This document shows positions 28,842 through 37,345 of a DNA stretch of 64,000 nt, piece after piece. A program made the position numbers and the translations under genes. The stretch comes from an uncultured Bacilli bacterium. GTDB taxonomy: Bacteria; Bacillota_I; Bacilli_A; ML615J-28; CAG-313. Below the pieces are notes generated by a model. It saw nothing but the letters and a program-made list of their open reading frames with translations. It had not been told where the DNA came from and searched no databases. The stretch is taken from the NCBI GenBank assembly GCA_947591495.1, contig CANQDG010000005.1, positions 3,387 through 67,386 of the forward strand, in the 5' to 3' direction. The first letter of the stretch is position 1. Each line of letters opens with the position of its first letter.

Positions 28842-29315
28842 ATGAATTATGATGATTTTGGTTTAAGAATCGAATATGTTGAATACACCGTTAAAAAAGG
28901 CGATAGTCTTTATACCATTGCTCAAAAGTATAATACCACAGTTTCGGCTTTAACTGATATTAACATGTTAACTAGTAATACGATATTCCCTGGTCAAGTG
29001 TTATTAATACCTAAATATAGTAATTTAGAAGATGACTACATATTCGAAAATTATGTTACCCAACCAGGTGATACCATTGAAATCATTGCAACCAAACAAG
29101 GTGTAGATCCAATCTTAATTGGCCTTTATAATGATTTTGCAAATTATAAATTATTAAATGGTCAAACGATTAAAATACCACGTAATAATACTTATACGAT
29201 GAAAGATAGCGACACAGTTGATACACTTCTTGCTAGCACAAACCGCACTGCTGATGAAATTTTACGCGCAAATGCAAGCAATTGGCTAAAAAGTGGTAGT
29301 CGCGTAAATCTTTAA
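28842..29315 (+). CDS. Cytoplasmic protein with three LysM domains
   Basis: ATG at 28842 after SD GGAGGG. Three LysM units (YTVKKGDSLYTIAQKY..., YVTQPGDTIEIIA..., YTMKDSDTVDTLLA...). No signal peptide. Confidence 0.8.
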   Translation: MNYDDFGLRIEYVEYTVKKGDSLYTIAQKYNTTVSALTDINMLTSNTIFPGQVLLIPKYSNLEDDYIFENYVTQPGDTIEIIATKQGVDPILIGLYNDFANYKLLNGQTIKIPRNNTYTMKDSDTVDTLLASTNRTADEILRANASNWLKSGSRVNL

Positions 29316-29346
29316 TAAAAAAATTCGTCATTGACGAATTTTTTAT
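29316..29346. terminator. Bidirectional terminator between convergent genes
   Basis: A-run, AATTCGTCA-T-TGACGAATT, T-run. Overlaps the stop of the minus-strand repressor gene. Confidence 0.7.
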
Positions 29347-29708
29347 TTCTTATTTATATGGTTAATAATAGCCTTAAAGGTTTCTTCACTTAAATCATGC
29401 TCTATTTTACAAGCATCGTTTATTGCAATTTCTTCAGGGACACCAATTTTAATAAAAAAATCACTTAAAATAAGATGACGATTATAAATCTTCTGGGCAA
29501 TTTTTAATCCTTCATCGGTTAGCACGATGGTGCCATTTTCATGAATTTCAATTAGTTGATCTTTTTTTAAATTATTGATTGCACGGGAAATACTAGCTCT
29601 TGAGTAATTAAAACTTTGGGCAATATCAATAGAGCGAACGCTAATACCTTTTTTTTGTAACATTAAGATTCTTTCTAGGTAATCTTCGGCTGATTCGTAA
29701 ATTGCCAT
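29343..29708 (-). CDS. DtxR/MntR-family metal-dependent transcriptional repressor (121 aa, no SH3-like domain)
   Basis: N-terminal winged HTH (SAEDYLERILML...VRSIDIAQSFNYSRASISRAINNLKK) and metal/dimerisation helix (IYNRHLILSDFF...CKIEHDLSEE). Confidence 0.88.
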   Translation of the reverse strand: MAIYESAEDYLERILMLQKKGISVRSIDIAQSFNYSRASISRAINNLKKDQLIEIHENGTIVLTDEGLKIAQKIYNRHLILSDFFIKIGVPEEIAINDACKIEHDLSEETFKAIINHINKK

Positions 29709-29803
29709 GTTAGCACCTCCTAACTAAAGATATTTTTATTATCTATCATTTTAGTTTAAAATGCAATTTTTTTGCTTAAAATATAAGAAATAAAGCATAT
29801 TGG

Positions 29804-29832
29804 TTGCGATAAAAAACTATTTTAAATATAAT
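29804..29832 (+). promoter_or_regulatory. SigmaA-like promoter (distal, upstream of box 1)
   Basis: TTGCGA-17 nt-TATAAT. Confidence 0.5.
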
Positions 29833-29840
29833 AAAAGTGT

Positions 29841-29858
29841 TGTTAGCCAATGCTAACA
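29841..29858. promoter_or_regulatory. Palindromic metal-box 1 (candidate DtxR-family operator)
   Basis: TGTTAGC-CAAT-GCTAACA, 8 nt downstream of the -10 at 29827-29832. Confidence 0.6.
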
Positions 29859-29960
29859 ATATGCAAAATAAACTTTTCTCCTTTAGATAAATGATATCTT
29901 AAGATATTATTTTATCATTTCTATTTGAATTGTTTTTGTATAATTAATTCCTTTCAAAAA

Positions 29961-30001
29961 AAATATCAAGTTCTTACTTGGAAATATCAAGTTCTTACTT
30001 G
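29961..30001. repeat. Tandem 20-nt direct repeat covering a terminator stem
   Basis: AAATATCAAGTTCTTACTTG at 29961-29980 and at 29982-30001. Confidence 0.8.
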
Positions 30002-30012
30002 ATATTTTTTTT
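29982..30012 (+). terminator. Intrinsic terminator inside the repressor-feoA intergenic region
   Basis: AAATATCAAGT-TCTT-ACTTGATATTT followed by a T-run. Confidence 0.6.
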
Positions 30013-30028
30013 AAGTAAGTCTTTTTCC

Positions 30029-30057
30029 TTGACTTTAGATATTTAAATTGATATAAT
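30029..30057 (+). promoter_or_regulatory. SigmaA-like promoter of the feoA-feoA-feoB operon
   Basis: TTGACT-17 nt-TATAAT. Confidence 0.6.
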
Positions 30058-30065
30058 GGTTGTAG

Positions 30066-30083
30066 TGTTAGCGGTGGCTAACA
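30066..30083. promoter_or_regulatory. Palindromic metal-box 2
   Basis: TGTTAGC-GGTG-GCTAACA, 8 nt downstream of the feo -10. Confidence 0.6.
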
Positions 30084-30099
30084 TAAAAAAATATATTAA

Positions 30100-30117
30100 A
30101 GTTAGCAATTGCTAACA
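30100..30117. promoter_or_regulatory. Palindromic metal-box 3
   Basis: GTTAGCAATTGCTAAC is a perfect 16-bp palindrome just upstream of the feoA SD. Confidence 0.6.
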
Positions 30118-30130
30118 AAAGGAGAAAAAA

Positions 30131-30346
30131 ATGGTTCCACTAATATTTGCAACGAAAGATACAACATTAAAAATTATTAAAGTAACAACTGATGAAAAAA
30201 CCAAAAGGCATTTAGAAAACTTAGGGATTCTTGCGGGGGTCGAAGTTAGTGTTATTTCTATTAATAGTGGAAATGTTATTTTAAAAGTTAAAGATAGTCG
30301 TTTAGCTTTAAGTCAAACAGTTGCGACCAAAATTTTTGTAGAATAG
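30131..30346 (+). CDS. feoA: FeoA-family ferrous iron transport protein
   Basis: 71-aa SH3-like FeoA (LENLGILAGVEVSVIS...). First of two copies. Confidence 0.85.
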   Translation: MVPLIFATKDTTLKIIKVTTDEKTKRHLENLGILAGVEVSVISINSGNVILKVKDSRLALSQTVATKIFVE

Positions 30347-30361
30347 GAAAGAGGTGTTATA

Positions 30362-30595
30362 ATGACAAAAATGTTAAATGAAATGAAACCATCTGAAAGT
30401 GGTACAGTCAAAAAAATTATATCAGAAGGAAAAATTAAACGACGTTTATATGATATGGGAGTAACGCCTGGTGCTAGTATTATTGTTAAGAAACTTGCGC
30501 CTTTAGGTGATCCAATTGAAATTACAATTAGAGGATACGAATTAACTTTGCGGAAAAGTGAAGCTGAATGTGTTGAAATGGAGGTTAATGAATAA
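30362..30595 (+). CDS. feoA: FeoA-family ferrous iron transport protein (second copy)
   Basis: 77 aa. RRLYDMGVTPGASIIVKKLAPLGDPIEI is the typical FeoA core. Confidence 0.85.
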   Translation: MTKMLNEMKPSESGTVKKIISEGKIKRRLYDMGVTPGASIIVKKLAPLGDPIEITIRGYELTLRKSEAECVEMEVNE

Positions 30596-32838
30596 TGAAG
30601 TTTGCCTTAGTTGGTAATCCTAATAGCGGTAAAACGACCCTTTTTAATAGTTTAACTGGTGCTACTGCGCATGTTGGTAATTGGCCAGGGGTTACGGTTG
30701 ATAAACGTGAAGGAACTTATAAAAAATTAAAAGAAAACATTAGTATTGTTGATTTACCGGGTATTTATTCTTTATCACCTTATACACCTGAAGAGGTAGT
30801 TTCTAGAAACTTTATTATTGATGAAAAACCTGATTGTGTTATTAATATTGTTGATGCAACTAATTTAGAACGTAATCTATATTTAACAACGCAATTATTA
30901 GAAATTGATGTTCCAATTATCATCGCTTTAAATATGATGGATTCGGTTAAAAAAAGTGGTGATGAAATTGACACAAAAGAACTTGCTAAAAATTTAGCCA
31001 TTCCTGTTTGTGAAATTTCCGCCCTTAAGGGTGATGGAATTAAAGAATTAATGGAAAAAGCTTATGAAGTTGCCCAAACTAAACGTGCAGGCACAACGGT
31101 TTTAGTTCATTCTGATTTAGGTAATTTAGTAAAGGTTACAGCGGAAAAATTAAACGATAAACAAGTTTCAAGTCCTTTATTTCATGCTATTAAATTAATC
31201 GAAGAAGATAGTATCGAAGTATCAATGCATCAAGATGTTTTAACCGAAATTGAACCACTCCGTGCGACATATACTAAAAATGAATTTGATGGTGATTTTG
31301 AAGGAATGGTGGCTGATGCTCGATATAAATATATAACGATGCATTTTAATAAAATAATAAAAAAAGCTAATCGAAATAGTAATGAAACAACCTCAGATAA
31401 AATTGATAAAGTTTTAACGCATAAAATTTGGGGTATTCCGATTTTTATTGTTTTGATGTTTATTGTTTTCCACTTGGTTTTTAGTGAAGATTTATTATTC
31501 TTAAATAGTCTTTTTGGTTTAGAAATTAGAAACAGTGGTTGGATTAATTTCTTTACAGGTATGGGCTATGATGGTATTTTAGAAGAGGCCATTCTAAATG
31601 GTGAAGATGCTGTCTTAGCTGGTATTCCTTCCCTTGGCGTCTTTCTTCAAAGTTGGATGGGATGGTTAACCGGATCAATTATTGATTTAGTTCGGGGTTG
31701 GTTTGCAAATGGTGGTGTTGACGAAACTTGGTATGCTGGACTTATTTGCGATGGCCTACTTACGGGTATTGATTCTATTTTTAGTTTCTTGCCTCAAATC
31801 CTTTTACTTTTCTTATTTATTTCGATTTTAGAAGATTCAGGATATATGGCCAGGGTTGCTTTTATTATGGACCGCGCATTCCGTAAATTTGGTTTATCAG
31901 GTAAAGCCTTTATTCCGCTTTTAATGGGCTTTGGTTGTAGTGTTCCAGCTATGATGGCGACTAAAACTTTAGAAGATGAAAAAGAACGCGATATGACAAT
32001 TAGACTTGCACCATTTTTTAGTTGTGGGGCTAAAGCACCTATTTGGGCAATGCTTGCTACAGTTGTTGCGGGAAGCTTCTTAGGCGATATTTTTGTCTTC
32101 TCCATTTATTTACTTGGAATTGTGATAGCTATTTTATCAGCTCTTATTATTAAAGCATTTAGTAAGAAAAAAGATGTTCCTCCTTTCATTATGGAATTGC
32201 CCGCATATCATATGCCACAATTTAAAAATTTAGTTGCGCATCTTTGGGAAAAATTAAAACACTTCTTATATAAAGCCTCAACTATTATCACCGCCGCTAT
32301 TATTCTTATTTGGTTTTTATCTAATTTCGAATGGGCTTTCTGGCGTGGTATGGTTGATGATATAAGTGAAAGTATTTTAGCTGACTTAGGTCATGTTTTA
32401 CAATATGTCTTTTATCCTCTTGGTTGGAGTATGGGTAGTGAAGGCTGGAAATATACCGTTGCTTCCATTACCGGATTAATTGCTAAAGAAGATGTTGTTG
32501 CCACAATGAGTCAACTAGGGTTAGAAGAAGGCACCATTGCTTTATCTAATGCCCAAATTTATGCTTTTGCGGCATACAATTTATTTACTCTTCCTTGCTT
32601 TGCGGCCGTTGCTACGGCGAAAGGTGAAAGCACTAAAAAAGGCTTTTTAGTAACGATTCTTTGGTGGCTTTTAGCATCTTATGTTGTTTCAATGGTTATT
32701 TATTGGATCGGTTATAGCTTTGAACTCTTTTGGTGGCTTGGTTTAATTGTAGTTATCATCTTAATTAGTTTAATTATTGGCCTTGGCTTTATTGTTGCAA
32801 ATAAACGTAAAAATAAACAAGAAAAGCGGGTTGCCTAA
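30595..32838 (+). CDS. feoB: Ferrous iron transporter FeoB
   Basis: N-terminal G domain (GNPNSGKTTLFN, DLPGIYS, NMMD) followed by the polytopic permease. 747 aa. Confidence 0.95.
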   Translation: MKFALVGNPNSGKTTLFNSLTGATAHVGNWPGVTVDKREGTYKKLKENISIVDLPGIYSLSPYTPEEVVSRNFIIDEKPDCVINIVDATNLERNLYLTTQLLEIDVPIIIALNMMDSVKKSGDEIDTKELAKNLAIPVCEISALKGDGIKELMEKAYEVAQTKRAGTTVLVHSDLGNLVKVTAEKLNDKQVSSPLFHAIKLIEEDSIEVSMHQDVLTEIEPLRATYTKNEFDGDFEGMVADARYKYITMHFNKIIKKANRNSNETTSDKIDKVLTHKIWGIPIFIVLMFIVFHLVFSEDLLFLNSLFGLEIRNSGWINFFTGMGYDGILEEAILNGEDAVLAGIPSLGVFLQSWMGWLTGSIIDLVRGWFANGGVDETWYAGLICDGLLTGIDSIFSFLPQILLLFLFISILEDSGYMARVAFIMDRAFRKFGLSGKAFIPLLMGFGCSVPAMMATKTLEDEKERDMTIRLAPFFSCGAKAPIWAMLATVVAGSFLGDIFVFSIYLLGIVIAILSALIIKAFSKKKDVPPFIMELPAYHMPQFKNLVAHLWEKLKHFLYKASTIITAAIILIWFLSNFEWAFWRGMVDDISESILADLGHVLQYVFYPLGWSMGSEGWKYTVASITGLIAKEDVVATMSQLGLEEGTIALSNAQIYAFAAYNLFTLPCFAAVATAKGESTKKGFLVTILWWLLASYVVSMVIYWIGYSFELFWWLGLIVVIILISLIIGLGFIVANKRKNKQEKRVA

Positions 32839-33023
32839 TGAAATGGTATGAATATATTATTATGATTATTGCCATTGGCCTTGTTATTCTACCTTTTGTT
32901 TTAAATCATCTTAACAAGAAAAAAGGTAAATCAACTTGTGGATGTGGTTGCGATAAATGTAGTGCTAATTGTCCAATGCACAAAAGAATAGATGATAAAG
33001 AAAATTAAATTGCAACATACTTA
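32838..33023 (+). CDS. FeoB-associated Cys-rich small membrane protein (61 aa; not in the supplied ORF track)
   Basis: Hand translation gives MKWYEYIIMIIAIGLVILPFVLNHLNKKKGKSTCGCGCDKCSANCPMHKRIDDKEIKLQHT. ATG overlaps the feoB stop (TAATG). The TM helix plus CGCGC..C..C pattern is typical of this family. Confidence 0.65.
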
Positions 33024-33032
33024 ACTCAAAAC

Positions 33033-33073
33033 AAAAAAATGTTAATAGCCTAAATTCTATTAGCATTTTTTTT
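33033..33073 (+). terminator. Intrinsic terminator of the feo operon
   Basis: AAATGTTAATAG / CTATTAGCATTT stem followed by T8. Confidence 0.65.
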
Positions 33074-33100
33074 GTTTGCAAAAATAAAAAACGAAAACGC

Positions 33101-33128
33101 TTGCAAAAAAAATCTTATTTCATATAAT
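33101..33128 (+). promoter_or_regulatory. SigmaA-like promoter of the surface protein gene
   Basis: TTGCAA-16 nt-TATAAT. Its position argues for the ATG at 33151 rather than 33133. Confidence 0.5.
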
Positions 33129-33150
33129 ATTTATGAAAGGAAAAGAAAAT

Positions 33151-36072
33151 ATGCAAAAGAAATTATTATTAATTAGTTTTATTTTATTTATTATTTGCCT
33201 TTTACCTAGTTGTAAAAAGGCTGCTAGTTTAAAATATGATCTTGAAAGTGATGAACAAGTTGTTAATCCTTATGAGGGAAAAATTAAAGTGGGGGATAAT
33301 TTGAAAAATTTATTAGAAAACGCCACTGCTACTAAAACAGGATATCATTTTTTGGGGTGGTCATTAGATGGCCAAAACTTAATTAGTGATAACCAAAAAG
33401 TTGAAAACCAAGAAGTAATAGTTAAACCGCTTTTTGAAAAAGCAACTTATACGATAACTTATAAAATTAATGATAAAGTTTGGATGGAACAATCTTATAA
33501 ATATGAAGAAACAATTTCTAAACCAAATGACCCTGTATTAGATGATTATGATTTTGTTAATTGGGATATGGAAATTCCTGATATAATGCCAGCTAAAAAT
33601 CTTGTTGTAAATGCTATCTTGAATGAAAAAATTTATACAGTAACTTTTATTATTGATGAAAATACCCAATTTATTCAAAAATATAATTATCAAGATGAAA
33701 TTGTGCCACCGACAGATTTTGCTAAAGAAGGGTATACTTTTACAAGTTGGGATCACGACGTGCCTGAAACAATGCCAAAAGAAAATCTAACCTTTAGAGC
33801 TGTTTTTAGTGCTAATACTTATACGATTACTTATGTAGTAGAAGGTGTTGAAGAAGATGTTACTTATCACTATGGTGATCCAATAAATAAAAAACAATCA
33901 CCAGAAAAGGTTGGTCATACTTTTATCGGTTGGGACGCTCTTGAACCTGATACAATGCCAGCTCATAATTTACGTTTAGTTGCTCAATTTAGAATAAATA
34001 GTTATACCATTACTTATATAGTAGATGGCACTGAAGAAAAGGTAACATATGAATATGGTCAAAAAATTGTAAAACCATCTTCTCCAGTAAAAGTCGGATA
34101 TACATTTACTGGTTGGAGTGTCACAATCCCTGATACAATGCCAGACCATAATATTACTGCTAGAGCACAATTTAGCATTAAAAGTTATCAAGTAACCTTT
34201 AAAATAGAAGGTAAACCTGATATTGTTTTAACTGTTCCTTATAATAGTGAAATTAAAGCACCAGATAGACCACTTAAAGATGGATATCGTTTTGTAGGAT
34301 GGGATCAACCAATTCCATCTAAAATGCCTGCGGAAGATCTTGTTTTTAATGCTCTTTTTGAAGAATTTTTAACGGCTCAAGATGCAAGTGGTAGTAAAGT
34401 ATTGTTCATTGGACATGCAGGAAGCGCTTTGGGTATTATGAATACAGAAGAGGCATTTCTTAATGCGGTTAAAGTTAAAGGCTATAATGCTTTAGAATGT
34501 GATCTTAAACAAACTAAAGATGGCGTTTTTGTGCTTTGTCATGATGATACTTTTGGTGGATTAGATCTTGCTAGTACAAATTGGGCTAATTTAAAAGATG
34601 TTGAGATTACTCAAACTAGAAATAATGTTAGTTACAAAACGAAAATTTGTACTTTAGAGCGTTATCTTGAAATTTGTCAAGAATATGGCGTTTATCCTGT
34701 CATTGAATTAAAATGGTCAAATGGTATTAATAATAATGATACTTCAAGAATGGCGGCTTTAATGCAACAAATTGCTAATCAAAATATGTTAGATAAGGTT
34801 ATTTTCTTAGGCTCACAATATAAATGCTTAGAATGGGTTAGAAATAATGGTTATGATTACATCCCTTGTCAATATTTAGTTAATTCAGCTGATAGTGAAA
34901 GTGTTTTAAATCGTTGTATTGAATGGAATTTTGATGTTAGTTTTAATATTTCATCAACTAATACCAAAGAATGGATTGACCGTTACCATGAGGCCGGTAT
35001 TAACGTAGCTTGTTATACCTTTAGTGTTTACCAAAGTGCAAGCGATTTGCAAAAATGGCTTGATATGGAAGTTGATTTTGTAACTTGTGATGCTTTAACA
35101 AGAGATGATGTTAATGTTCCAGTTCGCCCTGATGATAGTAAATTGCCAACCTATACAGTTACTTTTACAGATGGAAATGGTAATACGATTAAACAATCTA
35201 AAGTTAAACAAGGTCGAAATGCTGTTTCACCAGTTGAACCAGAAAGACTTGGCTATCATTTTACGGGATGGGATGGCAATTATCAAAATGTACAAAGCGA
35301 TTTAACCATTAATGCCCTTTGGGAAATTGATGAATATAATATTATTTATGATGCTAATTTATCAACCATTGATATTGTTAAATGGAATAGTAAAGCTGAA
35401 TTTATTGATGAATTTTATACTGATTGGTTTAATTGGTTAGCAGCTAATGTTGGTAAAATTAATGGTTTAACCAAAAGCGGTGATACTTATACTTTAATAA
35501 CTAATCCTAGTAATGCAAAGGCTAAAGCGCAATGGACAGATGTTGAAAGCCTTAAAGCCCTTGATATATATGTGGTTGAATTAACTATTGGAACCCTTGT
35601 TTATCAACCAATAAAAGGTGAAAATAGTAAAGATTATATACCGGTTGTAGCTGATGGATATTTCTTAAATACAGAACCATATCGAACAAAATATATTGAA
35701 TTAAATGCTTATTTTTTAAATGTTATGGAAAAAGCATATACTGGTTATAGTAGAACTTATAATCAAAATGGTGGTAAAGTTCAAATCTTCTTTAGATTCC
35801 ATCAATGGCAACAAGGCACGTCGATTCCTACTTTTGATACTTTACCAAATAAACATAATATTAATGAAGTAGTAGATCCAAGTGTTGTTTTACCAACGAC
35901 TCATTCTAAATATACAGTTGAAGATGAGTTTACCCTCGAAGCAGCTACAAGAGATGGTTATACTTTTGAGGGTTGGTATAAAGATCAAGCTTGTAGTGAA
36001 AAAATCGAAAAAATTACCAAAGGTATGACGGGTCAACTCGTATTATATGCTAAATGGGTTAAAAACGAATAA
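33151..36072 (+). CDS. Large surface lipoprotein: Listeria-Bacteroides (Flg_new) repeats flanking a GDPD-like phosphodiesterase domain
   Basis: Lipobox LLPSC. At least six ~65-aa repeats of the type YTITY....Y.YG..I..P..P.K.GYTF.GW.....MP..NL. Central FIGHAGS..MNTEEAF..ECDLKQTKDGVFVLCHDDT. Repeats resume near the C-terminus (GYHFTGWDG, GYTFEGWY). Confidence 0.8.
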   Translation: MQKKLLLISFILFIICLLPSCKKAASLKYDLESDEQVVNPYEGKIKVGDNLKNLLENATATKTGYHFLGWSLDGQNLISDNQKVENQEVIVKPLFEKATYTITYKINDKVWMEQSYKYEETISKPNDPVLDDYDFVNWDMEIPDIMPAKNLVVNAILNEKIYTVTFIIDENTQFIQKYNYQDEIVPPTDFAKEGYTFTSWDHDVPETMPKENLTFRAVFSANTYTITYVVEGVEEDVTYHYGDPINKKQSPEKVGHTFIGWDALEPDTMPAHNLRLVAQFRINSYTITYIVDGTEEKVTYEYGQKIVKPSSPVKVGYTFTGWSVTIPDTMPDHNITARAQFSIKSYQVTFKIEGKPDIVLTVPYNSEIKAPDRPLKDGYRFVGWDQPIPSKMPAEDLVFNALFEEFLTAQDASGSKVLFIGHAGSALGIMNTEEAFLNAVKVKGYNALECDLKQTKDGVFVLCHDDTFGGLDLASTNWANLKDVEITQTRNNVSYKTKICTLERYLEICQEYGVYPVIELKWSNGINNNDTSRMAALMQQIANQNMLDKVIFLGSQYKCLEWVRNNGYDYIPCQYLVNSADSESVLNRCIEWNFDVSFNISSTNTKEWIDRYHEAGINVACYTFSVYQSASDLQKWLDMEVDFVTCDALTRDDVNVPVRPDDSKLPTYTVTFTDGNGNTIKQSKVKQGRNAVSPVEPERLGYHFTGWDGNYQNVQSDLTINALWEIDEYNIIYDANLSTIDIVKWNSKAEFIDEFYTDWFNWLAANVGKINGLTKSGDTYTLITNPSNAKAKAQWTDVESLKALDIYVVELTIGTLVYQPIKGENSKDYIPVVADGYFLNTEPYRTKYIELNAYFLNVMEKAYTGYSRTYNQNGGKVQIFFRFHQWQQGTSIPTFDTLPNKHNINEVVDPSVVLPTTHSKYTVEDEFTLEAATRDGYTFEGWYKDQACSEKIEKITKGMTGQLVLYAKWVKNE

Positions 36073-36093
36073 ACCATAATGATTTATTAATTA

Positions 36094-36134
36094 AAAAGGT
36101 TAAAGTATTAAATGATACTTTAGCCTTCTTTTAC
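36094..36134 (+). terminator. Hairpin terminator after the surface protein gene
   Basis: AAGGTTAAAGTAT / ATACTTTAGCCTT stem, then a T-rich tail (CTTTTACTTTT). Confidence 0.5.
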
Positions 36135-36179
36135 TTTTCATAATAGTAACAATCTTAATAAAGGAAAGATAATAATTGT

Positions 36180-36208
36180 TTGCAAAAACCGCTAGATAAT
36201 GTTATAAT
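36180..36208 (+). promoter_or_regulatory. SigmaA-like promoter of the TIR-like operon
   Basis: TTGCAA-17 nt-TATAAT, 36 nt upstream of the ATG at 36245, which has SD GAGGAGG. Confidence 0.55.
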
Positions 36209-36244
36209 AAGAATAAGAAAAAAAGATAAAACGAGGAGGTTTTT

Positions 36245-37336
36245 ATGCTTTTAGTTGAAAAAAGTCGAATGTCTGAACAATTATTCGACTCAAATGTAAT
36301 AATCACATCATTAGAAGAAGATAAAATAGCAGTTACCGAATTAATGCTAGAATTTAATATTGTAGGATTAAATTACGTCTTTTTAGCCAAAAGTAAAAAT
36401 ATCATTAATGATTATTGGTATTGGCGCGCATGTGAAGATAGTTTAAAAAGAGCAAGTTGTTTGGTTTTAGTTATGTCGAAACGCTTCTTTTTAGAAGAAA
36501 ACAAAATTAGACGTGAATCATTTTGGTATGAAGTAGGGGTAATGGAAGCAAGAGGCCAAAATGTAATTCCTTATATTATTGATATTGAAAAAAATGAATG
36601 GGATAATTACTTAAATAAGACTCCCATTAGACAAAAACAAGCAACTAATAATATCAATGATCTTATTAAAATTATCGAAACCACTCGTGCTTTTAAAAAG
36701 AGTTTTTATGCTGAGCGAGATATTGCTTTATATGCTAACTCACGTATTTTTTATTCTAAAATATCAGTTTTATTTAATATAAAAAAAGAAGTCTTAGAAT
36801 TTATCTATGATCGTCTTAAACGACTTGATGATGATGATATACAAACCAAAAATGATATTTTAAATCTATTACATCGCGAAGTTAATTTTGGCATTAAATT
36901 ACATCGCTTTGGAAGATATTGCTTTATTCAACATCCATATTATTCAACTTATCTTGCGGAAGCCCAAGTTCTTAATCTTGATTGCAACCCAACTAATATT
37001 GTTAATCATTTTACGATTTTATCTCAAAATGTTAATAATGGTGTATGTGCGGTTAAAGTTGATTTTATTTTGCCTAACCATGAAATTTTAGGCGTTGCTT
37101 TTAAGCCATATATGGAAATTAACAAAAATTCAGTTATCAAAAAAGGTGATTTAGTTAAATTATTACAATTAGAAAATAATGAGCAACTATGTGAAGAAAA
37201 AATGGATATTATAATGGCTAAAACCGACAAAACTGAACGAGTTTATTTTAATTTATATTTTGATGATGATAATCAAATTGTTGAATGTAATGATGAAGAA
37301 ATTGGTAAAACTTGTAATTTCTTCTATGCAAAATAG
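36245..37336 (+). CDS. ThsB/TIR-like N-terminal domain protein with an unknown C-terminal domain (paralogue A, 363 aa)
   Basis: CLVLVMSKRFF...ESFWYEVGVMEARGQNVIPYII fits the TIR/DUF1863 pattern (buried strand, S-x-W-x-x-E helix, G-x-x-[IV]-I-P strand). The betaA strand is degenerate (VIITSLEED). The C-terminal ~200 aa is unrecognised. Confidence 0.6.
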   Translation: MLLVEKSRMSEQLFDSNVIITSLEEDKIAVTELMLEFNIVGLNYVFLAKSKNIINDYWYWRACEDSLKRASCLVLVMSKRFFLEENKIRRESFWYEVGVMEARGQNVIPYIIDIEKNEWDNYLNKTPIRQKQATNNINDLIKIIETTRAFKKSFYAERDIALYANSRIFYSKISVLFNIKKEVLEFIYDRLKRLDDDDIQTKNDILNLLHREVNFGIKLHRFGRYCFIQHPYYSTYLAEAQVLNLDCNPTNIVNHFTILSQNVNNGVCAVKVDFILPNHEILGVAFKPYMEINKNSVIKKGDLVKLLQLENNEQLCEEKMDIIMAKTDKTERVYFNLYFDDDNQIVECNDEEIGKTCNFFYAK

Positions 37337-37345
37337 GGTGATTTT

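Noticed and set aside
30780-32105. Minus-strand ORFs inside feoB (73 and 103 aa)
   Set aside because: They are antisense shadows of a conserved gene with no translation signals.
33538-35305. Short ORFs on both strands inside the repeat surface protein gene
   Set aside because: They are embedded in a continuous 973-codon frame with clear repeat and domain structure, and their translations are low-complexity.
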